Below are positions 1 through 11,830 of a DNA stretch of 64,000 bases, in pieces. Below the pieces are notes generated by a model. The model worked only from the letters and a program-made list of their open reading frames with translations. It searched no databases and was not told the origin of the DNA. Origin of the DNA: Saprolegnia diclina VS20 (Eukaryota); NCBI RefSeq assembly GCF_000281045.1, contig NW_008246112.1, positions 325,436 through 389,435 on the forward strand, in the 5' to 3' direction. The position numbers were made by a program, and so were the translations under genes. Every line of letters begins with the position of its first letter. Position 1 is the stretch's first letter.

Positions 1-293
1 TCCACGGTGGTGTAGGGTCGCCACTCGGAAGAAGAAGAGTGTTGTCGTATATGGAACGACGGTGCCATCCCAAAGCAGCTCTTGAAGGAGCGAAAACAAC
101 CGCGCGCATCGACCATTCAGCACCATTCAATGCAGCAGACCAAGGGTCTAGAGTAACATTGAAAATCCCAAGCAACGCAAAATGTCAGTGCATCCAGTAC
201 AACGTATGAAAGTGGTGCTCAGCGCTGATGATTAATGATCTGGGCCTTGCCATGATCTGGGTCACGCAGAATGACAAGAAGCGCAACGCTTGG
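1..293. repeat. Left arm of a long perfect inverted repeat (partner 1386-1678), truncated by the window start
   Basis: Base-by-base comparison shows 1-293 is the exact reverse complement of 1386-1678. Confidence 0.97.
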
Positions 294-1385
294 TCACAAC
301 CTCACTAATCACGAAAGTGGGCGACAGGACGTTGCAGCAATTGTTGGCAAAGCAACGCAGACGTCGAAGGCCTGCAATGTCAGCAGTATTGGGCTGTGTC
401 GGGCGGAACATCTTGATTCAGATGTAGCATGCGTCAAAGTGCACCTGCTGGGAACGACTAGACGCAGCGCTTGCAGAGGTCCGTGTTGGAGATTGTGGCG
501 AAAGATCGTTAAAGTCGCCTTCCAAGATGATACCGCAGCGGCCAAGACGCTTCCGCCCTTCATCGCACGGCTCGTCAACCCCAAACTTTTGCACCGCGCC
601 CAACGACCTGGCACCCGCCTTCTTCCCTCGTTGCACGCGTCAAACGTTGCACTATACAAAGCGAACCCGAGATGATACCTCAGCGCAATATACCTTTCGC
701 TTGTTCTGGCCTCGCCCCTAGCTTTCAAGTACGCTTATAGGCCGCGCCGACGAGGCGGCCAGGGTTGGCGTTCTAACCTGCTTTGATGAGAAAATTTGGT
801 TCTCTTCCTTCCTGTCTCTGATCGTCTTTGCGTCCCTAGTGCAAACGAACCCGTGCGGCGCGAGGGTCTTGATCGCGGCCTTTGTGGTGGCTGTGTCCTT
901 CCGATATCGCAGTTTCGCATTGATCGAAATTGAGCCGCTCTCATCGATCCTTCGACTTGGCATCTCCCGCCACACGTTGACCGTCGCTGAGAGGTCTTAT
1001 TCGCTTCGTCTTGACCATACCAATATTCATGTCCACACTTGAGACTACAATCTCTATTGTTGGGAGGATGCAAGCACACTGACAAGCGTTACACAAGAAT
1101 GACGATGACAGCATTGTGGGGTTTGCATGCGTCACTCACTCTGCTTGCAGGCGTAGACATCATAGCTGCCCAATCGCCCTCGCCACAACATCGCGCGACC
1201 TTCGACGGATGCCACTGTCAGCAGCAAGGCCGTCTTTTCACCTTTTGCCCAATAAGATCGCTGATTGCCGCACGCTACAAGGGCTGCACCACGTAGCTGC
1301 TGCCGCTTGCGCTCACCAGGCCCCATACTACTCGCGCATGGAAACTCTACCGCGAGGGCTGGCAACGGACCTTCAGCGCTTGCGG

Positions 1386-1678
1386 CCAAGCGTTGCGCTT
1401 CTTGTCATTCTGCGTGACCCAGATCATGGCAAGGCCCAGATCATTAATCATCAGCGCTGAGCACCACTTTCATACGTTGTACTGGATGCACTGACATTTT
1501 GCGTTGCTTGGGATTTTCAATGTTACTCTAGACCCTTGGTCTGCTGCATTGAATGGTGCTGAATGGTCGATGCGCGCGGTTGTTTTCGCTCCTTCAAGAG
1601 CTGCTTTGGGATGGCACCGTCGTTCCATATACGACAACACTCTTCTTCTTCCGAGTGGCGACCCTACACCACCGTGGA
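1386..1678. repeat. Right arm of the long inverted repeat (partner 1-293)
   Basis: Exact reverse complement of 1-293; the spacer is 294-1385. Confidence 0.97.
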
Positions 1679-2346
1679 TCTTCCTTCATCCATGTGCTGC
1701 TACACGTTTCGCGTCGCGGTGATCCGCTTTGTCTGTGCGGTGATGGCGCTCTCATCCAACCGGAGTCTGCATATTCGCATCAAGAAGCCAGGACGGAAAC
1801 GCATGTTGTCTATATTCGCATCAGAGATCCGGTTCCGAAACAGCGCAGGAGGTCCACACGTCACGCCAGGTGTTTTTTCGTCGGCGGCCCTCGCGGTCTC
1901 TCTGCCTCATAGTATCAGCGCCGATATCGTAGCGACGTGGTGCAGGGGCTACGTAGACTAGAGCTACGACGCTCGCGACGTCGAACAGTTTTTGTCCATC
2001 CGAGAGAGGTATCGATGTCGGGTGGTGGGCGCTGGCGGCATATTCGCCATCGGCCGCCGGTCGCATCGTCGTGATCTAAATTGGAATTCATTGTGGGCTT
2101 GAGCGCATAATACAATGGTGTTTTCCGTGTCTTTTTGGAATAAAAAGAGAGGCGCAGAGACAGTTGATGTATGTGGTTTCCAAGTATTTAAATGCAAACG
2201 CGCTGCATAAAAACAAGACGCTTTTCGTTTTAAATGACCACGTTGAAGTGGATGATGGCGATCCCACTCTCCGCTCCGCTTGGCGTAAAATTAGCTTGGT
2301 GTTTGTATGCTTGCGGCTATTTTGGGCACATGGCGACGACTTGAAA

Positions 2347-2363
2347 GATCATTTTCGAATTTG
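2347..2363 (+). promoter_or_regulatory. Oomycete INR+FPR core promoter-like motif
   Basis: GATCATTTTCGAATTTG just upstream of the urocanase ATG (2380) resembles the TCATTY-N-WTTY consensus. Confidence 0.6.
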
Positions 2364-2379
2364 CCTCCAAAGCACGAGC

Positions 2380-4419
2380 ATGACCAACCCGACCGTCCTC
2401 CAGGTGCTCACGCGCGGCCTCGGGCAGACGCTGCCGGCGCACCCGGGCAAGGACCTGACCGTGCCGCAGGCGCCCGTGCGCACGCCCAACCTCACGGAGC
2501 GCGAGACGCGCCTCGCCATCAAGAACGCGCTGCGCTACTTTCCGTCTGCGTGGCATGCGACGCTCGCGCCCGAGTTTGCGCAGGAGCTCAAGGACGAGGG
2601 CCACATCTACATGTACCGCTTCCGGCCCACCGAGTACGAGATGAAGGGGTACCCGGTCGATTGGTACCCGGCCAAGACGACAGCCGCCAAGGCCATCATG
2701 ATGATGATCATGAACAACTTGGACAAGGCGATTGCGCAGTTCCCCGCGCACCTCATCACGTACGGCGGCAACGGCAGCGTCTTCTCCAACTGGGCGCAGT
2801 ACCTCCTCGTGATGAAGTACCTCTCGGAAATGACGGAGGACCAGACGCTCGTGCTCTACTCGGGCCACCCCGCGGGTCTCTTTCCGTCGTCGCCGGACGC
2901 GCCGCGCATGATTGTGACCAACGGCATGATGATCCCCAACTACAGCACGCGCGAGATGTACGACAAGCTCTACGCGATGGGCAACACGCAGTATGGCCAG
3001 ATGACGGCGGGTAGCTACTGCTACATTGGACCCCAGGGCATCGTGCACGGCACGACCATCACGGTCATGAACGCGGCGCGCAAGTACCTCGGGAAGGAGA
3101 GCATGAAGGGCGTCGTGTACGTCTCGTCGGGTCTCGGCGGCATGTCGGGCGCGCAGCCCAAGGCCGGTGTCATTGCCGGCATGATCTCGGTCACGGCCGA
3201 GGTCGACTATGCGGCCATCGAGAAGCGCCACGCGCAGGGCTGGGTCAACGAGATCGCGACGACCTTGCCGCAGTGCCTCGACATGATCCGGTCCGCGCGC
3301 AAGGACCAGCGCGTCGTCTCGATCGCGTACCACGGCAACGTCGTGGACCTCTGGGAGGCGCTTGCGGACGCGGCGGACGCGGGCGAGCACCTCGTGGACC
3401 TCGGCTCGGACCAGACGTCGTTGCACAACCCGTACAACGGCGGGTACTACCCGGTGCAGCTCTCGTTCGACGACGCGCTCAAGATGATGGCGTCGGACCC
3501 GGCGCACTTCAAGGAGCTCGTGCAGTCGTCGCTGCTTCGCCACGTGAGCGCGATCAACCGGCTCACAGCCAAGGGCATGTACTTTTGGGACTATGGCAAC
3601 TCGTTCTTGCTCGAGGCGAGCCGCGCCGGCGCCGACATTTACAAGTCGGACGACTTGGAAGACGGCTTCAAGTACCCGTCGTACGTGCAGGACATTATGG
3701 GCGACATCTTCTCGCTCGGCTTTGGTCCGTTCCGCTGGGTGTGCACGTCGGGCGACGAGGCCGACTTGCTCAAGACGGACGCGATCGCCGGCCGCATCCT
3801 CAAGGAGTACCTCGCGACCGCGCCGCCGCTCGTGGCCGCGCAGCTCCGCGACAACATTCGCTGGATCGAAGCCGCGGACGAAAACAAGTTGGTCGTCGGC
3901 ACGCAAGCGCGCATTCTGTACGCCGACCGCCACGCGCGCGCCAGCATTGCGATTGCGCTCAACCAAGCGATCGCGTCCGGCGAGCTCTCGGCGCCCGTCG
4001 TGCTCTCGCGCGACCACCACGACGTCTCGGGCACCGACTCGCCGTTCCGCGAGACGTCCAATGTCACGGACGGCTCGATGTTTTGCGCCGACATGGCGAT
4101 CCACAACGTGATTGGCGACGCGGCGCGCGGCGCGACGTGGGTCTCGATCCACAACGGCGGCGGTTGCGGCTGGGGCCAGGTCATGAACGGCGGGTTCGGC
4201 CACGTGCTCGACGGGTCGCAGGCCGCGGAGCGCAAGGCCGCAAGCATGTTGCGCTGGGACGTCAACAACGGCGTCTCACGCCGCGCGTGGGGCCGCAACG
4301 ACAATGCGTGCTTTGCGATCGCACGCGAGATGGAGGTCGACCCGCTCCTGACCGTCACGATGCCCCAGGCTGCCGACGACGACCTCATCAAGCGCGTGTG
4401 CGACGCGACCTTTCAGTAG
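2380..4419 (+). CDS. UROC1: Urocanate hydratase (eukaryotic long form), intronless
   Basis: Motifs HIYMYRFRP, MIMNNLD, TYGGNG, YGQMTAGSYCYIGPQGIVHGT, GLGGMSGAQPKA, SDQTS, RDHHDVSGTDSPFRET, HNGGG. Strong codon bias begins at ATG 2380. Confidence 0.96.
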   Translation: MTNPTVLQVLTRGLGQTLPAHPGKDLTVPQAPVRTPNLTERETRLAIKNALRYFPSAWHATLAPEFAQELKDEGHIYMYRFRPTEYEMKGYPVDWYPAKTTAAKAIMMMIMNNLDKAIAQFPAHLITYGGNGSVFSNWAQYLLVMKYLSEMTEDQTLVLYSGHPAGLFPSSPDAPRMIVTNGMMIPNYSTREMYDKLYAMGNTQYGQMTAGSYCYIGPQGIVHGTTITVMNAARKYLGKESMKGVVYVSSGLGGMSGAQPKAGVIAGMISVTAEVDYAAIEKRHAQGWVNEIATTLPQCLDMIRSARKDQRVVSIAYHGNVVDLWEALADAADAGEHLVDLGSDQTSLHNPYNGGYYPVQLSFDDALKMMASDPAHFKELVQSSLLRHVSAINRLTAKGMYFWDYGNSFLLEASRAGADIYKSDDLEDGFKYPSYVQDIMGDIFSLGFGPFRWVCTSGDEADLLKTDAIAGRILKEYLATAPPLVAAQLRDNIRWIEAADENKLVVGTQARILYADRHARASIAIALNQAIASGELSAPVVLSRDHHDVSGTDSPFRETSNVTDGSMFCADMAIHNVIGDAARGATWVSIHNGGGCGWGQVMNGGFGHVLDGSQAAERKAASMLRWDVNNGVSRRAWGRNDNACFAIAREMEVDPLLTVTMPQAADDDLIKRVCDATFQ

Positions 4420-5224
4420 GTACATGGGTTGTGGGCAGTGGTAGACGTGTATGAAATGAATCTGAATGTGAATTTTTGCTTTTATCTCTGTTTCTAACCA
4501 GACTCTGGTGGGCGTTTGCTGTGGCGAAATGGTCACAAGCTTGACGTGGCTGATAGCAACACCAAAGCGAAGCGGTTGATCTGCAGCCAAGTCACCAACA
4601 CTTGCATTTTGAGTTTTGAGTTTTGATTGCTGGATCGTTCGGTTTGTATGTCGGTAAGGAAAGCCGATCGGCGGAAATTTGGACGAAAACTGAAGCTGAA
4701 ACTGAACCAACGTTAGCGGATCGGCTTTGCCTTAACCACATTGAGGTGGTCGCCGAAACTCAATGCATCAAGTCTGGCTCTCGTCAAGATGCTCAGAATC
4801 GACAACCTTCTTGCTTGCACTCCAAGATGATGGAAGCCCACCAGAACTTACAGCTTTCGAATCCAACGTACGAACTACTAGTATCAGCCTCGGCCTCGGA
4901 GCAAAGTCGACATCGTGCTCCCGTCTGTCTGAAGCCCGGGACCTCATGATGAGCCAGTGGATACGCCAGAGGACGTTGCAAGTGATCTCGCTAGATGCCC
5001 AGACCAGCTTCGTATCTTTGCGGCTATGCCTTACACGCTGGCTGCTGCCACGAGGTCCGGACAGGATGTCATTTCTGCTTCAAGTAGCCGTTGAGGCCAA
5101 CGGCAAGTCGTGGACGCGTAGGTGTCGTCGCAGGTGCCCAGACGCAGGAGGCAACAGAGGCAATGAGTTTCTTCATTTCACTTACTGACCGTCGCCAGGT
5201 ATCACGTCGTTGTGGCTAGTATAT

Positions 5225-5517
5225 TTATTTTTGGACACCCGAGAAGTTGCCATCGTCGCGTTCCGTGTCCCACTTCTCCATCCACGAGCCGGGGCAGATG
5301 GCCTTGGCGTACTGGCGCGTCTGCTTGCAAGCATCCTCGTCGTCGTCGTTCTTCTTCAGGCAGAGCGCCCACTCGTTGTAGCGGGTCCTACAGATCATCG
5401 GTCATGAGCGCTCGGTTGGTCGGTCATGCGGGCTTGGTACCAGCAGTGCTGCGTCTGGTTCTGCGTCGGGAAGCGCGGGTCGACGGGCGTCGTCTTGAGG
5501 TCTTCACGGCTGTTCAT
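5225..5517 (-). CDS. COX6B: Cytochrome c oxidase subunit 6B (COX12-like), 79 aa, exons 5517-5441 and 5387-5225
   Basis: Spliced translation MNSREDLKTTPVDPRFPTQNQTQHCWTRYNEWALCLKKNDDDEDACKQTRQYAKAICPGSWMEKWDTERDDGNFSGVQK, with DPRFP-NQ-HCW and Cx9C...Cx10C; GT-AG intron 5388-5440. Confidence 0.93.
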
Positions 5518-6348
5518 TGTCGTTGTCTATTTGGGAGCAAATCGGAAACTAATTCCCTCCATACACAGCCGGACCACCCATCTTGTATACTCAACCCAAG
5601 TCTATTTTGAAATCAGCCGGCTCAAAACACAAAAAAACACGCCCTACAAACCGCCAGTCACGCCCAGCAGTATACTTTACGTCAGTTCTTTTTTATCCGG
5701 ATACCCCAGCCCTACGCCGCAGCAAAAAAAATACACCTTGCCTTTTTGAACTCTTTTTATTCGTTTCCAGCCCAAGCTATACAAAAATTAGGTCATTTAA
5801 AGAAGAAGGACACCATAAACCGTGGGATTATTTTGAAATCCACGCCAATGTTCGACACCGGTCGGCCTTTTTCGCGGTCACGCAACCGCCACCTCATAAT
5901 ACGGGGAGAGGCCGCGCCCGCGACCGCCAGCCACGTCATGGCCTCGACCATGCCATGCGATTCGGACACGGAGGGCTTCATGGCCGCTTCCTACGTGGTC
6001 TAGCATGGCCACGCCCACGCTAGATGCCTCACTGCGCGCTCTGGGCGCCCGCGAGCGGCGATGCTTCTCGTCGCGCATATTATGCAACACTGCAGATACG
6101 TCCAGACGCATCGTGCAGAGGCTCGGGTATCCTGGTAGCCTCCATGCAACAGGCAGCTATCGTCTTCCATGCGACGAGCTGCCTTGGCGTCGAGCTTTGA
6201 GTGACCCATACCTCGTCAAACACTCGCCTCGGACGTCGACCGCATCCTTCATGTGTCGACCTCTTGCCCGATGATGGCGCCTGCGTTGCATCAACCGATC
6301 ACGAATCCTCGGTAGTGCGTTGGATTACGGCAGAGTTAAATACGTGGC

Positions 6349-9300
6349 TCAACGCTGGAAGAGGAGGCCGACGCCGTCGTCGTGCTGGTCATGCGCTTCC
6401 TTGGCCTTGGTCGGCAACACAAGCGCCTCTGGCAGGTCGTCGATGGCCTTGAACGTATGCGGCGCATCGCGGTACGCCAGGAACGGCGTCTCGAGGAACT
6501 CTTTCATGAGGTTCTTCTGGGCCTTCAAGCTCGGCTGTTGCCGCAGCGCGGCCTCGAGCTCCACGACATGACCTGTCTCGACGGTGGCAAGGCCGAGGAG
6601 GAGCTGGCGCGGCCACGGGTTGATGTCTTCGTCGCGTTTCCGGGGTTGGTTGACCGGGTCGATGCCCTTGCACTCGTCGACCGGGAGAAGACCGAGCGTC
6701 AAGCGGCAGTAGATGTTCCGCAGCAAGTTGACGAGCTCCCACTTGAGGCCGTCGTCGACGTCGTAAAAATGCGCCAAGAGCGCCGTGAGCGCCGCCGTAA
6801 ACACGTCCTTTCCGAGCAAACCACCAAGGTCCAGGCGGCCAAACAAAAGACTCACGAGACGGTCCAACAAGATGGCACTGCGCCGCGCGCTCAGCGTGTC
6901 ACGCCACATGAGCACGCCCAGCAGGAGCGACGTGAGCGCATGCGTGAGCGCCGGCGATGCCAGTACAAAGTCGCGCCGGACGCGGTCCTTCTCCATCATG
7001 ATGTGCTTGGGGTGGTCCGAGTCGACATCGACGACTGTCTTGGCATCCACGAGCGCTTCGATCAAGTCGACAGTGTGGCGGACAACCTCGAGCACGACAG
7101 CGTTCTGCACTGTGTCGATGGTCGTGGCTTGCATGTCGAGACCGATGAGCATCGGCAAATGCGCTGTTGGCGACGGCGACCCGGCCCAGACCGGCGCGAG
7201 CCGCGACGACAAGTGCAGTAGCACACGCTGGAGCCGCGGCTCGAGAAGCGGCGCGAGGTGCGTCTCGGGGCAGCCCTTGACAAACGGCAGCCACACGCTC
7301 GCGAGGAACGACTTCCAATGCCGGTGCTCCATCGTTTCCATATGCACGAGCACGGCCTGGTCGAGCATGCTGGCAAGCGACGGAATGTCGACAAGTGCGT
7401 AAAAGCTGGGCAGCGAGAGCGCGCACCCGACGAGGTGGTAGCCAATGTCGCGCACGTTCTTGGCCCAGCGCGCATACTTGAGGAGGTCGGGCTGCAGCGC
7501 GGGCACCTGCTCCTTCCCGACGAGCGCCTGGACGACCTCTTCTTGGGACATGCAGAGCACGCCGCGCACGTCCGAATTGTCGGATGCTGCAAACAGCGTG
7601 TGTTGCTCGACGGGCAGCGTCTGCAGCGTCCGCAAGAGCGACAGCAAGTTGGGCAGCAAGACCGGCCAAACGCTCGCGAATGGGTGCACGCTCTCCCCAT
7701 GAACGATCCGACGGGCAATGCCATACAACGTCGTGAGCACCTTGACCAAGCCAAAGACAAGTGCGTCGTCCTTGGCCGTCATGGCCGCGACCAGTGACGA
7801 CGGCGACGCGACGAGCGCCGTCATGGCCGGGGACGTCCACGACGCCAATGGCTCGGCGGTGATTTGGCCAATGAACAACGTGCGCTCGTCGGCCGTCGGC
7901 AGCGAGTTGGAAACCAGGACGAGCATCTCGTACAAGAGGACGCTCTCGCTGTCGAGCACGACCGGGAAGAGACCAATGACCTACGATACCGACGATCAAA
8001 CCACGACTTGTTGAAGCACAAACGTCATGCACAGCAGTTTACCTGGTTGCAGAGGATGGGGAGGAACGGCAGGACATGCGACGGTGACGCGTGGCAGATC
8101 GAGATCAAGGACGCCAGCGCGCGCCGACGGACGTTCATGGTCGTCGGGTCCATGGTCGTCAAAATCGTCTCGCCCGGCTGCGCAAACACAATGAGGCCAA
8201 AGAGGCGCTCAAACACGCGCGGGTATAAGCCCGGCGCGCGCATGTAGTACTTGGCAAACAGCGACAGCGCGAGGCAGTGGCGAAAGAGCAGCCATGGGTC
8301 CGGCGTCTCGTACGCTAAGAGCGCTTCGACCGTCGCGCTCAGCGTCGCCAAGTGGCTTGCCTCGTTCAGCGCCGACTCGGGCAGCGACTTCATGATACAG
8401 TCGATGAGCGCGACGAGTCCTTCGTGGTACAAATGCGCCGTGCTGCTGTCGGTGCAGTGTCCATGCTCGTCGAGCGCATCCGTCCCCCGCGCGTGCGCCG
8501 ACAAGACGTACTGCAGCCGCTCGTAGAGCAGTTGCAAGCCGACGCCGGGCTGCAGCTGCAAAAGGAGCCGCAGAATGCCGTAGAGGCGGCCGCGGAAATT
8601 GCTGTAGAAGGCCACGTACGCGTCGTTGTCGTCAAACTCGAGGGCGCTCACAGGGTGTGCGTCGTCGCGGTCGGGCGAGTGGAGCTTAAAGTACTTGTCC
8701 ATCGAGGTACGCCAGAGCGCGGGCAAGACGTTGTGGGGCACCAAGAGGCTGCTCACGACCTTCTTCTGCTTGAGGAGGTTGAGCCACACGATGACTTGAG
8801 CCTCTGTGACGGTGAGCGACGGGTGCTGGAAGAAACGCAAAAGGAGCTCCACAAACGGAAGCAGCACGTCGTGCGAGGCTGGGAGCTCGGCCACGAGCAG
8901 CTCGAGCTGGTGCGTGCCCCAGCTCACGAGCACGCGGTTCACGTGCAAGTGCAAGTTCAAGTCGTCGCTGTCGTTTACGTCGGCGACCGAGATCTGCGCT
9001 AATGCCGACCAGCACGTCTGCGTCGTGGCCACCACGAGCGCCAAGTGGTCTTTCCCAAAGGTACGCGAGAAGTAGACTTCCAAGCACTCGGCGGCCGCGA
9101 TGCGGATGCTGTGCTGCAGCGCCGGCGACTGCAAGAGGAGGCTTGCGACCGCGATAAAGTTGGTGTCGGGGGACGCGGGCGTATTCACGGGCATCCAGTC
9201 GAGGAACTCCTTCATCATTTGGAGCGCGGCCAAGATGACGGCGTTGGCAGTCTTGTGGTCGGCCGAGGGCGACTGCAGCTGCGCATACTGCATCTCGAGC

Positions 9301-9878
9301 TGCTGGTACACGAGCGGGAAGAGCGTCGGGAAGCACGCGTTGAGGCCCTGGAGAATGTCCTTGCGCCGAATCGGCGGGATCGTGCTGTTGAAGCTCGAGC
9401 TCACACAGTCTTCTGCAATCGACCGAAAGAGGAGCATGACGATTTCGGCTTGGATTGGGCCCATGGACCAGAGCGACAGGAGCTGCTCGAGGAGGTCGGG
9501 CCAGCGCTGCGGGAACTGGCGCTTGGCAATGTCGGCGAGCACCTTGACCAGCTTCTCCTTGATGAACGACGGCTCGTCGGCGGCGACATGCGACGCCACA
9601 ATGTTGAGCAGCGTCGACCGGTACTGCACCGTCTCGTCGGCCGAGCAATTCTTCCAGTGGACGCGGATATAGTTCTCGACGACATGCAGCGCAAAGTGGC
9701 GGTGGTGGCTGGCATGCCCACGCTGCTGGAGGAGGTAGAAGGCGTAGCTGACGCAGTTGGGCGTCTGCTGAAACTGCTCGCAGTAGGCGTAGGCCGCGTC
9801 GCGCTCGGCCTTGAGGCTCCCGGTCGCGTGGCAGACGTCGACAGCCCGCAGCAGCTGCTCGTACACGTGCTCGTCCAT
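6349..9878 (-). CDS. XPO5: Exportin-5/HASTY/MSN5-like karyopherin, 2 exons (intron about 7981-8042)
   Basis: Importin-beta N-terminus (RHFALHVVENYIRVHW) and Xpo1 domain (FIKEKLVKVLADIAKRQFPQRWPDLL), followed by long HEAT-like helical sequence. Confidence 0.8.
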
Positions 9879-10719
9879 CTATCGCGTGTCGGCGTCCGGC
9901 GGCGTCTCGACTTTTGAACCAACAACCGGCCATCCGTATGCGCCATCCGGATAAGACGGATTTTCTACGTTGCACTTGGCGGGACGAGGCGAGTGATGGG
10001 CTCGATTCCGACTGCCAGGAGCAAGTTCGTATGGCCCAAGCTGCATGGCAAGACGCACCCTGTCAGTCGTAGAGCGAGTAAGCGCGCAGGTTGTGGTGGG
10101 CTCGCAGCGGCAAACACCTTGTGGCGTCCACTGCACTGCCGTCAATTCGAGCAGCTCGCAACGTGCTGGCAACAGAGTAGCTTGCAACTACAACCATCGA
10201 GATACTCGGACTCGGTGGTCGTGGCATGAGCACAGCGCTCTACCGCGGACTCTCGCCGCGTGGTGTCGCCTTGGCGACGATGTCGTCGTGTCGTTCTTGA
10301 GCGATTCGGCCAGTGAAGGTCCTTCTTTCCTCGAATTGCTCTCACAGTTAGCCACCGCGCAGAGCAACAACTTCACAGCCTCTTGACGCTTCCCGAGGTC
10401 ATGGACGGTGGCAATGCTGCAGCGTGCTCGAGTACAAACGCATCGCGTGGTCATCGTTATGCGCCAAAGCCACGACGCGACATTGCCCTTCACTTGACCT
10501 GAAGCCTTGTCGAAATAGATAATGTTGGTCTACTGTGTTGTAAACCAGTATTGCTCGCCACTGATGGCAGTGCATGGACCTTCCTGCTGCCTCGGTTGGG
10601 ACCTGACAGCGCACTGCTTGACGCCAAGGGGCCTTGTGAGCATCTTCATGGACCTAGGTCGATTCCTTCCACACAGCTAGAGTACTCGAAATTGTTTAAA
10701 ATAGTAAAATTCTCGGCAA

Positions 10720-11830
10720 CTACGTGGAGCAGCACGGGTCGATGTTGCCCGACATTTGGTCCTGCTCCGTGTCCTTGAAGAAGTAAAAGCCGGCGCCAAG
10801 ACCGAGAATCGCAGCGACAAAGAGGCCCGACTCGTAGAGCATGGCCACGAGCATGATGAGGTACCCGATCGAGAGCGCGAGCATGTAGAGGCAGGCGAGG
10901 ACAGTCGAGCACCAGAGAGGAAGCTTGGTCGTCTTGACTGTCGTCGGCGTCGCGTCGATGAGGCTCGAGGCCGCCGATTTGGTGAACGCAGGAGGCGTGT
11001 TGAGCTGGACGCACGAGTTGGCCAAGACGTCATCAGTCGAGACGCCATAGACGCGGATGAATTTCTATCACAAAATTCTCGTTAGCGGCCCACATTTTGT
11101 GAATTGCAATGGGAAATACCTCTTCAAGAGCCTCTCGGTACTCGCCAAGCCACTCGAGAAAGATGCCAAGGAGCACAATCCCGATAAAGCCAAACGCGTA
11201 CTTGACCGACGAGTCGAGGACCCACGGCTGGAAGAAGAGCTTGACACATGTGCTTCCGACCGACGACTGGAAGCCGTCAAACATGACCGACGCGTGGTTG
11301 CAAAAGCCTGTGACCGGTTCCGGACCCGTCCCGACGTAGTAGCTTTTCTATACCACGATCGATGGTCATCACGCTACGTACTGGCAAGGACTAGAAGTAC
11401 CTGGTCGGCCAAGATCAAGTCGGCGTGCTCCTTGGAGCATGTGTACAGCTTTTGGTTGCCCTGGGTGCCCCACGTCATGGCGTACTTGAGGTCGGTCGAG
11501 CCGCAGACGGGGCAGCCCATGTGCGCATGAGTATACGGCGCATCCAAGGCCGTGACGGGCACCGCGCCTCGCAGCACCTTGCCCTACAGACCATGGATCG
11601 TTGTGAGGCGCGGCGAGAGGCGACCGACGTACCGCCGGGTTGGCCAGCGTCTCGAGGTGGCCGGCCATCTCGCAGGCGTAGATGGCTTGGTTGCCCTTGA
11701 AGGTCTGGTTGAGCGACGGGATGACGTCCATGGCGCAGAGCGGGCACTGGGTGTCATGGAGGTCCTGCTGCGCCAAGGCCATAGCGACGAGGAGGACGAC
11801 CGCGGCGAGGACCGCGCGTGCAAATTGCAT
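10720..11830 (-). CDS. Ctr-family copper transporter A with signal peptide and two YHS/TRASH-like Cys modules (introns 11584-11632, 11348-11400, 11065-11119)
   Basis: VMFDGF...LFFQPW-TM1, MLVAM (MxxxM) in TM2, GLGAG (GxxxG) in TM3; N-terminal CPLCAMDV and CPVCGS modules; ends in DPCCST. Confidence 0.85.

Noticed and set aside
418..636. ORF containing IILEGDFN, reminiscent of a LINE or EEP endonuclease
   Set aside because: A single short motif with no other EEP or RT motifs nearby
2164..2379. N-terminal extensions in the ORF track for urocanase (similarly for tubulin 1, Nup155, the kinase and membrane paralog 3)
   Set aside because: They overlap promoter or UTR sequence; codon bias and homology start at downstream ATGs
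2317..4203. Long antisense or alternate-frame ORFs (also 19570-21057, 22637-23863, 31258-32760, 39468-40751, 58905-60413)
   Set aside because: These are shadow ORFs produced by strong GC3 codon bias of the real genes and carry no recognisable motifs
5603..5840. 12-bp direct repeat TATTTTGAAATC flanking an AT-rich segment
   Set aside because: No terminal inverted repeats inside, so not enough to call a MITE or target-site duplication
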